Origin: Acidobacteriota bacterium
GTDB taxonomy: Bacteria; Acidobacteriota; Terriglobia; Acidiferrales; UBA7541
NCBI GenBank assembly: GCA_003152355.1
Contig: PMAA01000142.1
Location: 2,003-66,002 of the forward strand
Direction: 5' to 3'
Length of the DNA: 64,000 nucleotides
Shown here: positions 55,468 to 64,000 of the stretch, in pieces
Layout: each line of letters begins with the position of its first letter
How positions within the stretch are numbered: the stretch's first letter is position 1
Made by a program: the position numbers and the translations under genes
Notes under the pieces: generated by a model
Databases searched by the model: none
What the model was told of the DNA's origin: nothing
What the model saw: the letters and a program-made list of their open reading frames with translations, nothing else

Positions 55468-56456
55468 ATGAGGTCCGGCTCTCAACAACGCCTGTGCTGC
55501 AACGCCCGCGCCATCTGCTCGGCATTGAACCGCTAACGGCCGAGCAAATCACCTTCATTCTCGACCAGGCGAAGCCATTTCAGGAATTCCAGCGTCATCC
55601 CCTCAAGAAACTCGCCACTCTTCGCGGAAAGACCGTCGCGCTCGCATTCTTTGAACCGTCCACGCGAACGCGCATCAGCTTTGCCACCGCTGCCGCGCGG
55701 CTCGGAGCAGACACGATGAATCTCCAGGCTGAATCCTCGAGCCTGAAAAAAGGTGAATCACTGATTGATACCGTCTGGACGCTCGAAGCGATGCGGCCGG
55801 ACGGAATCGTAATTCGCCACTCCGCCTCGGGCGCGCCCGAATTCATTGCACGACGCCTGGAAATTCCCGTGCTCAACGCCGGCGACGGCACGCACGAACA
55901 CCCGACGCAAGCTCTTCTCGATGCGCTCACGATTCGCGATCGCAAGGGCCGCCTCGACGGCCTGAACGTCACGATCCTCGGAGACATCCTGCACAGCCGC
56001 GTGGCGCGATCAAACATTCATCTACTCTCGCGATTCGGCGCGCACTTAACACTCTGCGGCCCGGCGATGTGGATTCCCAAAGAACTTGAATGCCTCGCTC
56101 CGAACATCCGCCGCGTCTCGCGAATTGAAGAAGCCTTACAAGACGCCGATGTAGTGATGGTCCTGCGCGTTCAATCCGAGCGAATCAATGAACCGCCAGT
56201 TTCGATGGACGACTACATTCTCCGCTACCAGCTCACTTCCGAGCGGCTGCGCGGCGCCAAGCCCGATGCGATTGTCCTGCATCCCGGCCCCATCATCCGC
56301 GGCCTCGAGATTGATCCCACGGTCGCTGACGGTCCGCAATCTTGCATCCTCGAGCAGGTCACCAATGGCCTCGCCGTGCGCATGGCTCTCCTTTTTCATC
56401 TCGTGAGCGGCGCGCCACCCGACGCGCCGCATCCGGCAAAGGAATCTTCGGCATGA
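55464..56456 (+). CDS. pyrB: aspartate carbamoyltransferase catalytic subunit
   Basis: FFEPSTRTR, HPTQALLD and HPGP motifs. TTG start overlaps the pyrR stop (TTGA). Confidence 0.9.
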   Translation: MNEVRLSTTPVLQRPRHLLGIEPLTAEQITFILDQAKPFQEFQRHPLKKLATLRGKTVALAFFEPSTRTRISFATAAARLGADTMNLQAESSSLKKGESLIDTVWTLEAMRPDGIVIRHSASGAPEFIARRLEIPVLNAGDGTHEHPTQALLDALTIRDRKGRLDGLNVTILGDILHSRVARSNIHLLSRFGAHLTLCGPAMWIPKELECLAPNIRRVSRIEEALQDADVVMVLRVQSERINEPPVSMDDYILRYQLTSERLRGAKPDAIVLHPGPIIRGLEIDPTVADGPQSCILEQVTNGLAVRMALLFHLVSGAPPDAPHPAKESSA

Positions 56457-57754
56457 TTCTCATTACAGGTGGTCACATTCTCGATCCCGCAAGCGGCACC
56501 GACGCCATATCCGATGTCCTGATCGATGGCAATCGGATCGCGCGAATCGCGCCCGGGATCAGCGCGCCCGACGCCGAAGTCTTGAACGCCGCAGGCTCGA
56601 TCGTCGCTCCCGGTTTCATTGATTTGCACTGCCACTTGCGCGAGCCGGGCCAGGAAATTTCCGAAACCATCGAAACGGGAACACGCGCGGCTGTCGCCGG
56701 CGGATTCACGGCTGTCTGCTGCATGCCGAATACGCAGCCTGTGAATGACAACGCGGCAGTAACGCGCTCCATCGTTGATCGCGCCGCCACTGCCGCTCAC
56801 GCGCGCGTCTGGCCCATCGGCGCAGCCTCCGTCGGAAGCAAAGGCGAAGCGCTCGCGGAAATTGCCGGGATGCAGGATGCGGGAATTGTCGCCGTCAGCG
56901 ACGATGGCCGTCCGATCGCCACGGCGAAATTAATGCGGCAAGTAATGGAATACTGCGGCTCGCTCGGCTTGCCTGTAATTGATCACTGCGAAGATGCTTC
57001 ACTCGCCGCCGGAGGCGTGATGCGCGAAGGCCCGCGCTCCATCCGCCTCGGCCTAAAAGGAATTCCGGCGGCGTCCGAATCCATCTGCGTGGGCCGCGAC
57101 GTCGAAATCGCCGCGCTCACCGGTGCGCACCTTCACATCGCGCACCTTTCGACGCGCGCTTCGCTGGATTATGTCCGCGCGGCAAAAGCAAAAGGCCTCG
57201 CCGTCACGTGCGAAGTCGCGCCGCACCATTTCACTCTGACAGATGAAGACGTCGTCTACGACACGGCTTACAAAATGAATCCTCCGCTCGCTTCCCGCGA
57301 CGATCGCGATGCACTTCTCGAAGGTCTCGCCGACGGCGCCGTAGACGCCATCGCCACCGACCACGCGCCGCATCATCCGGCTAGCAAAGATGTCGAGTTC
57401 GATCGCGCGCCCTTCGGCATCACCGGCTTCGAAACAGCCATCGCACTAGCGTTATCCGAACTGGTGCACACCAAGCGCATTTCTCTCATGCGCCTGGTGG
57501 AACTTTTCACCACAGGCCCTGCCCGCGTCCTAGGAATCGGAAAAAACGGAATCGAAAGAAAGCTCGCCGCAGGCCCACCCGCCGACATCACAATTTTCTC
57601 GACCGATCACAGATGGACGTTCCGCGCCGCCGACTCCGCCAGCCGCTCGCGCAACACCCCGTTCGACGGCCGCGAATTCCGCGGCGCGCCAATGGCGACA
57701 ATCGTAGCCGGCCGCATCGTCTACCGCAGACCTGTTGCCGCCGCGAGCGCCTGA
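56453..57754 (+). CDS. pyrC: dihydroorotase
   Basis: FIDLHCHLREPG metal motif and ATDHAPH. ATG 56453 overlaps the pyrB stop (ATGA). Confidence 0.9.
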   Translation: MILITGGHILDPASGTDAISDVLIDGNRIARIAPGISAPDAEVLNAAGSIVAPGFIDLHCHLREPGQEISETIETGTRAAVAGGFTAVCCMPNTQPVNDNAAVTRSIVDRAATAAHARVWPIGAASVGSKGEALAEIAGMQDAGIVAVSDDGRPIATAKLMRQVMEYCGSLGLPVIDHCEDASLAAGGVMREGPRSIRLGLKGIPAASESICVGRDVEIAALTGAHLHIAHLSTRASLDYVRAAKAKGLAVTCEVAPHHFTLTDEDVVYDTAYKMNPPLASRDDRDALLEGLADGAVDAIATDHAPHHPASKDVEFDRAPFGITGFETAIALALSELVHTKRISLMRLVELFTTGPARVLGIGKNGIERKLAAGPPADITIFSTDHRWTFRAADSASRSRNTPFDGREFRGAPMATIVAGRIVYRRPVAAASA

Positions 57755-57805
57755 ATCAAAAATACCCAGCCAATAGTTGAGCTAACCCGACTGCACCAGG
57801 TAATT

Positions 57806-57963
57806 GTAGCGCCGGGCTTTCAGCCCGGCATCTCTCCGATGCATCGGCGCAATTGCAGCGTCGGCCTTCAGAGCGAGGGCGGGAGCCCCCTGCTTCAGCA
57901 GGGGGAGCTGGACTTCAGTCCAGCGAAAGAAGATCTGCCCCCCAACGGGCTTTTAAGCCCGTT
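57806..57963. repeat. array of five GC-rich hairpins, four with TTC/TTCA/TT loops plus one 12-nt palindrome (REP-like mosaic)
   Basis: GCCGGGCT-TTC-AGCCCGGC; CCGATGCATCGG; CCCCCTGC-TTCA-GCAGGGGG; CTGGAC-TTCA-GTCCAG; AACGGGCTT-TT-AAGCCCGTT. The first unit begins TGTAGCGCCGG, like the 45699 element. Confidence 0.6.
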
Positions 57964-58046
57964 CGCGCGCGCATCCTCGGAATCGAAAAAACGGAATCGG
58001 GCGGCTACCCGCTGAGAGCTGCTGCTGGTCGCTTGTCGCAATTCAG

Positions 58047-58538
58047 TTATTTCTTACGGCTTGGATCGTCGTCAGGATTAACGTAGTTGATTTGTAGTGG
58101 CGCTGCGCCGTGAATCTGCACCACGACTTCTCCACTTGTCATCGCGTAGTGATGCATATCGGGATCGAGATAAGCGAAACTGCCGGCCGGGAAAGTTGCC
58201 ATCTTGCTTTCGTCGAAGCGATCTCCCATTCCGACCTTGAACGTACCGGAGATGACAGTGACGTTTTCCCGTTGAGGATGCCAATGAGGCGGGAAGCGAT
58301 ATCCGTCGGGCATTTTCAACCGTACGGTGTAATCGCCACTTGAGCCGCCGGGGTTGCCCTCGAGCACTGCGAGTTGCGCGCCTGCGGGAACGAATGCCGG
58401 TGCCGGTCCGTATGGAATGGCATCGGGCGTGAATGCATGTTTCGCAGAAGCATTGGTCTGAGCGCGAATTGTGAAGAGCAGTCCTCCCCCGCACAACAGT
58501 CCAATCAGCATGAGCGTGAGTTTCATTTTCGGCTTCAT
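58047..58538 (-). CDS. secreted cupin domain protein
   Basis: Signal peptide and cupin motifs PPHWHPQRENVTVISGTF ... HHY. GGAGGT SD. Confidence 0.7.
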   Translation of the reverse strand: MKPKMKLTLMLIGLLCGGGLLFTIRAQTNASAKHAFTPDAIPYGPAPAFVPAGAQLAVLEGNPGGSSGDYTVRLKMPDGYRFPPHWHPQRENVTVISGTFKVGMGDRFDESKMATFPAGSFAYLDPDMHHYAMTSGEVVVQIHGAAPLQINYVNPDDDPSRKK

Positions 58539-58750
58539 AGTCCTACCTCCGTCGAGGGATATTGACTGGCGAGAATATTCCTCTAACCACAGAATGGTTT
58601 CAATCGAAATCAGACAGTTGTCCCTTATATTTCGTATATCGCCGCAAATTACTCAAGCTCCGCGCACAATGCTCGCAACAAAACCGACGCGCACTTCTAA
58701 TCGAGCAGTTGGTTGAAATCGCGCTGGAATGAGTCGGTGACGAAGACGAA

Positions 58751-59632
58751 TTAGTGCGTGGCAGGTTCTGCGGCAGGATGCAAACCATGCTGCGGAACTT
58801 CATGCACGCCGCGCAACGGCGGCTCCTGATAGAAACGGTAGAAATGATTGAGCGGCCCGTGCCCCTTGCCAATGGAGAAACTCTTCTCGATCGCTTTCGT
58901 GACGTAAGCCTTCGCCAGAATCGCGGCCTCATGAAGTTGCTGGCCCAGCGCAAGCTGAGCCGCAATCGCGGACGAAAACGTGCAGCCCGAGCCGTGCGTG
59001 TTCTCGCTCTTCACCGCGTCGCCCGCGAGCTGCACCACCTCGCCGCCCTCCCAAAGTACGTCGGTCGGCCTTTCGAGATGTCCGCCTGTTACGATCACGG
59101 CCTTCGCGCCCTGCTCGCCGAGCTTTAGCGCGGCCGCCTTCATATCGTTCACATCTTTCACGGGAATGCCCGCGAGAAATTCAGCTTCGGGAATGTTCGG
59201 CGTGATCAGCGTCGCGCGGCGAATGAATTCATCGCGCAGAAACTTCAGCCCGGATTCGTCAATCAGCTCCGCGGTCCCGGCCGTTGGTTTCGTTATGGGA
59301 TCGAGGACCACATGCGCGAATTTATATTTGTCGAGAAATTCCGTCACCACCACCGCATTCGCCTTCGTCCCCAGCATCCCGATCTTCACCGCCGCGATCG
59401 TGCAATCGTCCGCAAGCGCCTCGAGTTGCGCGCGCAGCGTCGGCGCGGGTGTCGGATGAACGGACCGCACGCCCTGCGTGGATTGCACGGTGAGCGCCGT
59501 GATGGCCGCAACGCCGTAGCAATTATGCGCCGCAAAAGTTTTCAGGTCCGCTGCCGTTCCCGCTCCGCACGAAGGATCGAACCCTGCGATTGTCAGAAGT
59601 ATCGGCGGCGTGTGATGCGTTTGATTGTTCAC
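58751..59632 (-). CDS. thiD: bifunctional hydroxymethylpyrimidine / phosphomethylpyrimidine kinase
   Basis: LTIAGFDPSCGAGTAADLKTF and the C-terminal GSGCTFSSAIAA motif. GTG 59632 with GGAG upstream. Confidence 0.9.
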   Translation of the reverse strand: MNNQTHHTPPILLTIAGFDPSCGAGTAADLKTFAAHNCYGVAAITALTVQSTQGVRSVHPTPAPTLRAQLEALADDCTIAAVKIGMLGTKANAVVVTEFLDKYKFAHVVLDPITKPTAGTAELIDESGLKFLRDEFIRRATLITPNIPEAEFLAGIPVKDVNDMKAAALKLGEQGAKAVIVTGGHLERPTDVLWEGGEVVQLAGDAVKSENTHGSGCTFSSAIAAQLALGQQLHEAAILAKAYVTKAIEKSFSIGKGHGPLNHFYRFYQEPPLRGVHEVPQHGLHPAAEPATH

Positions 59633-59810
59633 GTTTCTCCGTGCCTCGACGCGAGGCACAAATGCCGGCGTCACCCAACTCGCGGAGTGAGCCGGCAAAA
59701 CAAAATGTACGCGCCTTACTTACTCGCGCGCAAGTGCAAATTTGTATGGAGACACTCCGAGTAACCCGGAAAGATTTCCGTGAAACGCAGCCTGATGCGT
59801 TCAGGACGCG

Positions 59811-61109
59811 TTATGGATACAAGCCGCGCACCAGCGTTGCATCGGCGACGCGCCCGACCGAAAGAATATAAGCGCCCGTGCGCATGTGCGTGTGGTGCTT
59901 CCGCGTGGTTTCGTGCACTTCGTGGAACGCGCGTTTGATCACCGTCTCGAGCCGCAAGTTCACTTCGCCTTCGGTCCAGAAGTAACCCTGCAAATCCTGC
60001 GCCCACTCGAAGTAGCTCACCGTCACGCCGCCCGCATTCGCGAGAATGTCCGGCACGAGAAGCACGCCCTTGCGCGCGAGGACTTCATCGGCATGCGGCG
60101 TCGTCGGTCCATTCGCAGCCTCGGCAACAATTCGCGCCTTGATCAATTCCGCATTGTTGAGCGTGATGACGTTCTCGAGCGCCGCTGGAATTAAAATGTC
60201 GCACTTCAACGTCAGCAAATCGTCGTTCGAAATCCGCGAGGTACCAGGCATGCCCACAACAGTTCCCGACCGCTCTTTATAGCGCATCGCCTTCAACGGA
60301 TCGATGCCCCGCGAATTGAAAACGCCGCCGCGTGAATCGCTAATGGCCAGAATGCGCGCCTTTTTCTCCGCGAATAGCCGCGCGGCCGCCGATCCCGCAT
60401 TCCCGAATCCCTGAATCGCCACCGTCGCCCCGCGCAAATTAATCCGCTTCAGCTTGCAGGCTTCCTCAACCGCAAAGAGACACCCGCGCGCCGTAGCGTC
60501 GCTCCGGCCGAGCGACCCTCCAAGCGAAATCGGTTTGCCCGTCACGACGCCGAGCGTCGCCTCTCCCACCATCACTGAATACGTGTCCATGATCCAGGCC
60601 ATCGTCTGCGAGTCCGTGTAAACGTCCGGCGCAGGTACGTCCCGCCCGGGCCCGATGATCGGCAAAATTTCGGAAGTGAAGCGCCGCGTCATGCGCTCCA
60701 GCTCGCCCTTGCTCATCCGCTTCGGATCGCAAATCACGCCGCCCTTCGCGCCGCCATAGGGCAGATTCACCGTCGCCGTCTTCCACGTCATCCACATCGC
60801 CAACGCGCGCACTTCATCGAGCGTGACGTTCGGGTGGTATCTCAATCCGCCCTTCGCCGGGCCGCGCGCGATATTGTGCTGGACGCGATACCCGGTAAAC
60901 ACTTTCACCTGACCGCTGTCCATTTTCGTAGGGATGGAAACTTCCATCACTCGCTTCGATGCGCGCAAAATCTGCCGCAAGCCCTGGTCGAGCTTCAGGT
61001 GCTCTGCCGCGATATCGAATTGAATTTGGGCGATGCGATAAGGATTGAGATCCTCCCGCGGCGCTATTCGCGGTATCGCCTGCGGGGCCGGTTTTGTGGC
61101 AATCGCCAT
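59811..61109 (-). CDS. gdhA: NAD(P)-dependent glutamate dehydrogenase (Glu/Leu/Phe/Val dehydrogenase family)
   Basis: Catalytic PYGGAKGG and dinucleotide fold GFGNAGS. GAGGAGG SD. Confidence 0.9.
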   Translation of the reverse strand: MAIATKPAPQAIPRIAPREDLNPYRIAQIQFDIAAEHLKLDQGLRQILRASKRVMEVSIPTKMDSGQVKVFTGYRVQHNIARGPAKGGLRYHPNVTLDEVRALAMWMTWKTATVNLPYGGAKGGVICDPKRMSKGELERMTRRFTSEILPIIGPGRDVPAPDVYTDSQTMAWIMDTYSVMVGEATLGVVTGKPISLGGSLGRSDATARGCLFAVEEACKLKRINLRGATVAIQGFGNAGSAAARLFAEKKARILAISDSRGGVFNSRGIDPLKAMRYKERSGTVVGMPGTSRISNDDLLTLKCDILIPAALENVITLNNAELIKARIVAEAANGPTTPHADEVLARKGVLLVPDILANAGGVTVSYFEWAQDLQGYFWTEGEVNLRLETVIKRAFHEVHETTRKHHTHMRTGAYILSVGRVADATLVRGLYP

Positions 61110-61568
61110 GTTCTGATTTCCTCCTCGCGCGACGCTACCCGCGCCGTACGCGAGCCGGGACTTTCAAATTGTGACGTGGAATGGCCTAAACCCCGGTCGT
61201 GATGGAGTTTAGACAACCCGCAAAACAATAGTCAACGGAAACCACGGGTAGAATTTCAGGTACTGGACCATCCAGCACTAGGGGGTAAAAGTGAAATACT
61301 GCTCGGTATTTAACTAAACACTTATGCGACAACAACTTACGAAGTCATATGGACCATTTACGCGCGTTTGACGTCGAGCCGACCGGGCACACACAAATTG
61401 CGTTCACACACTCGCCAATTGACCGACGTGCTTGAAAACGCTACTCTTCGTCCGCGATTCGACCGGCCGCTTCCGAATCGCCGTGCCGAATTGGACTTAC
61501 GCGCGCCTCGCAACGCAATCCGCGTAGTCCACCAGCTGCGTACTTATGAATGAAGCGCTCGAGGAGTT

Positions 61569-62126
61569 GTGAATCCAGCATCGAGCATAGACCAGCGGTC
61601 CTCCGATTGGACCCTGATCGAGCGAATCGTCGCCCGCGACGAGACGGCGCTCGCGTCACTCTACGATCGCTATTCAGGATTGGTGTGCGCCGTGCTTAAT
61701 CGCATCCTACGAGATTCCGCCGCGGCCGAGGAAATCCTGCAGGATATTTTTTTCCAGGTTTGGCGCACCGCCGCGCAATTCGATCCGGCTCGCGGTTCAG
61801 TTCCTGGCTGGCTCGCAGTGGCCGCGCGCAACCGCGCCATTTCGCGGTTGCGGCGAAGAAATCCCGGACAGGGCGAAGAATTGTTCGAGAATGCCATCGT
61901 GCTTCCGTTCAATCTCGAAACGGAAGCCGCGCAAAAGCAAATGATGGGCAAAGTGAAAGGCGTGCTCGGTAATTTGCCCAAGGAGCAGCGCGAAGCAATC
62001 GAGCTCGCGTATTTCGAAGGCTTGACGCACAGCGAAATCGCCACGCGCACGGGCGACCCGCTCGGCACGGTGAAGACGCGGCTTCGCTCGGCAGTCGAAA
62101 CACTAAAGAAGAAATTGCAGCCATGA
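61569..62126 (+). CDS. ECF-type RNA polymerase sigma-70 family factor
   Basis: Region 2 (LYDRYSGLVCAVLNRIL...DIFFQVW) and region 4 (REAIELAYFEGLTHSEIATRTGDPLGTVKTRL). Confidence 0.85.
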   Translation: MNPASSIDQRSSDWTLIERIVARDETALASLYDRYSGLVCAVLNRILRDSAAAEEILQDIFFQVWRTAAQFDPARGSVPGWLAVAARNRAISRLRRRNPGQGEELFENAIVLPFNLETEAAQKQMMGKVKGVLGNLPKEQREAIELAYFEGLTHSEIATRTGDPLGTVKTRLRSAVETLKKKLQP

Positions 62127-62911
62127 GCGCCCATCCAAATCGCGAAGAACTCTTCGACCTTTACGCCCTCGGCGTACTCGAAGGCGACGAACTCGCCGAC
62201 TTCGGCGCGCATATCGCGACGTGCGATTCGTGCGCCTACAAGCTTGCCGAAGCGCAGGGACGCATCGCTCTGCTGTCGTTCGCGGCGCCGCCCGCGCAGC
62301 CATCGCCCGGCGTGAAGGAAAGCCTGATGCGCCAGCTCTCCGCTTCCGCCGATGGCCGCACTCTCGACGTTGAAGAACCGCATCTCCCGCACACCGGCTT
62401 CCGCGCGGGTTGGTGGAACGCCATCTTCGCGCCCGCAGCTGCGGCCCTCGCGCTCGCCACGATCCTTCTCTGGCTGAGCAACAATCACCTGAACAACGAA
62501 ATTCAGCGCCAGCAGGCCAACCTGCAGCAATTGAAGCAGCAAACCGAGCAGACGAACGCAATTCTTGAACTCGTTTCCGCGCGCGACACCATTTCAGTTC
62601 CGCTCGCGCCTTCGCCAGAAGCGAAAGGCGTCACCGCGCACGTTCTCTATAACGCGCGGCTCGGCAAAATGTTCTATTCCGATACACTCTCCGTCGCGCC
62701 GCCGGACAAAAGCTTCCAGCTCTGGCTCGTCCCCGCTTCCGGAAACCCAATTAGCGCGGGCATTCTCACTCCCGAACCCGGCGTCGGCTCGCGGCTGGTC
62801 GCCACAATGCCGCCCGGCATCGCAGCCAAGGCATTCGCAGTCACACTTGAGCCCGCAGGTGGCAGCCCGCAGCCGACGGGTTCAAAAGTTCTCGTCGGCC
62901 CCGTTTCCTAA
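62123..62911 (+). CDS. anti-sigma factor (zf-HC2 N-terminus, single TM, RskA-like C-terminal domain)
   Basis: H-x3-C-x2-C (HIATCDSCAYK), one TM, and a C-terminal FQLWLVPASGNPISAGIL...AFAVTLEPAGGSPQPTG. ATGA overlap with the sigma gene. Confidence 0.8.
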   Translation: MSAHPNREELFDLYALGVLEGDELADFGAHIATCDSCAYKLAEAQGRIALLSFAAPPAQPSPGVKESLMRQLSASADGRTLDVEEPHLPHTGFRAGWWNAIFAPAAAALALATILLWLSNNHLNNEIQRQQANLQQLKQQTEQTNAILELVSARDTISVPLAPSPEAKGVTAHVLYNARLGKMFYSDTLSVAPPDKSFQLWLVPASGNPISAGILTPEPGVGSRLVATMPPGIAAKAFAVTLEPAGGSPQPTGSKVLVGPVS

Positions 62912-63076
62912 ATAGTGTCCTAAGCGCTGTCCCAAAACGATTCACCCGCAATTTTTTTCAATCCGATTCCCGCCGAGCCGCGTACTTTTAGTTGGCAGTT
63001 CGTCCGCCCGGTGGGAGAATACCCCCCTGGGGCGGTTGCAGTTGCTTCGGTTGAAGTTGTAATTGAGGAGGGACTA

Positions 63077-63424
63077 ATGAGAAAGATCGCAAACGTACTC
63101 GCAGTGCTGGCTCTCGTCTGTGCGATGGTCACCATCGTGAAAGCCGACGATACGACCATGACATGGACCGGCTGGATCAGTGACAGCCATTGCGCTGCCA
63201 AGGGTATGTCCGCGGATCACAAGGCGTGCGCCGAGAAGTGCGTGAAGGAAAAGGGCGCGTCCTACGTGTTCGTGGATACCAAGACCAAAGCCGTTCACAA
63301 CATCCACAATCAGGATGCCGTGAATGACTCCGATCTGGGAATGGAAGTGAAGGTTACCGGCCACCTGATGGACGACGGTTCGGTTCACGTCGACAGCATC
63401 GCGGCTGCCAAGTCCGAGATGTAA
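63077..63424 (+). CDS. hypothetical small secreted Cys/His-containing protein
   Basis: ATG 63077 with GAGGAGGG upstream and a signal peptide. Mature part reads TWTGWISDSHCAAKG..HKACAEKCV. Confidence 0.55.
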   Translation: MRKIANVLAVLALVCAMVTIVKADDTTMTWTGWISDSHCAAKGMSADHKACAEKCVKEKGASYVFVDTKTKAVHNIHNQDAVNDSDLGMEVKVTGHLMDDGSVHVDSIAAAKSEM

Positions 63425-63453
63425 CAGTTTTGCTTTAGCGTTTTGGATTCGGC

Positions 63454-63486
63454 GAGGGCCGCTCGCGCGCCACAACAGCGGCCCTC
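63454..63486 (+). terminator. GC hairpin after the small secreted protein gene
   Basis: GAGGGCCGCT-(13 nt)-AGCGGCCCTC, a 10-bp perfect stem. No U-tract. Confidence 0.35.
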
Positions 63487-63499
63487 CTGCATCCTGTAG

Positions 63500-63797
63500 C
63501 TCACGCCTGCCCTGCCTGTCCTGAGCTTTCGAAGGGAGCTTCGAACGGGTCCCCGACCCGCGCCAGCGGGACGAGACATGAGGCCTTTCTCTCCTCGCTG
63601 CTATTCTGCGCTTGGATCGGCTCCTCTTGTACCGCCGGCGTCTCGCCGGCTCTTAGCCTTTTTTCCGACCGCCCGCGTCTCGCCGGCTCAAAACGCAGTT
63701 AGGGATCGAGCGCTGAAGCATCACAGTTGTCATCCCGAACGCAGTGAGGGATCTGCAGTTGCGGCGCGCGCCTGAAATCTCAAATTTGAAATCGCTC
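63500..63797. repeat. mosaic of REP-like modules
   Basis: AGCTTTCGAA/AGCTTCGAA direct repeat. ACCGCCGGCGTCTCGCCGGCTC (63631) and ACCGCCCGCGTCTCGCCGGCTC (63668) match at 21/22. The 32-nt hairpin copy B lies at 63729-63760. The TCAAATTTGA palindrome lies at 63780-63789. Confidence 0.55.

Positions 63798-64000
<203 letters not shown>

Noticed and set aside
57806-57963. Possible CRISPR array (regularly spaced hairpins); also considered for 63500-63797 and 45699-45781
   Set aside because: The stems differ in sequence and there is no constant 24-48-nt direct repeat separated by unique spacers. Spacing is irregular and no cas genes are present. These are REP-like hairpins.
59633-59810. TPP riboswitch upstream of thiD
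   Set aside because: The conserved CUGAGA and ACCUGAUCUGGAUAAUGCCAGCG-type elements are absent on the thiD sense strand. Kept only as a low-interest 'structured leader' finding.

Overview
The window reads as a conserved chromosomal core segment of a high-GC (about 60% by eye) Gram-negative bacterium. Acidobacteriota is the most likely source; this is an inference from an acidobacterial-type VWFA secreted protein, CarboxypepD_reg-like and FecR-like secreted proteins, the bamA/surA-like/tamB arrangement, and abundant GC-rich hairpin repeats. I support about 60 CDS, one tRNA-Met(CAT), several rho-independent terminators, two or three promoter candidates and four intergenic repeat patches. Recognisable blocks, in order:
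- mltG-ruvX
- M28 peptidase, folP, VWA protein
- tilS-hpt-ftsH
- S10 carboxypeptidase, lipid kinase, NUDIX, uppS
- GT2, kynureninase-like enzyme, amino-acid permease
- modABC
- bamA, surA-like, tamB
- ThiF/MoeB-like E1, MarC, PilZ, YjbR, CPBP protease
- yebC-ruvC
- Memo-like protein, methylmalonyl-CoA mutase catalytic subunit, maf, tatA, selB
- two beta-propeller proteins
- a split pyrimidine cluster (pyrD-rlpA-pyrF divergent from pyrR-pyrB-pyrC)
- cupin, thiD, gdhA
- ECF sigma/anti-sigma pair
- 3' end of serS

The ORF track uses GTG/TTG as well as ATG and always takes the longest ORF, so I trimmed many N-termini using SD motifs, signal peptides and 4-nt stop/start overlaps. I found no CRISPR array, transposase, integrase, phage genes or recognisable defence or toxin system, and I do not claim a clearly novel multi-gene system. 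The most unusual locus is a terminator-bounded, lower-GC three-gene cassette next to the tRNA (10396-11897). It encodes a 54-aa exported peptide, a 7-TM protein and a 1-TM protein. The peptide's 13-aa tandem repeat is identical in protein but recoded at 10 of 13 wobble positions. Lesser items:
- an orphan LysW-like zinc-ribbon protein with a polyacidic tail
- a uORF and a structured element ahead of an orphan selB
- a candidate leaderless promoter plus operator
- mosaic hairpin-repeat families with a compensatory stem substitution
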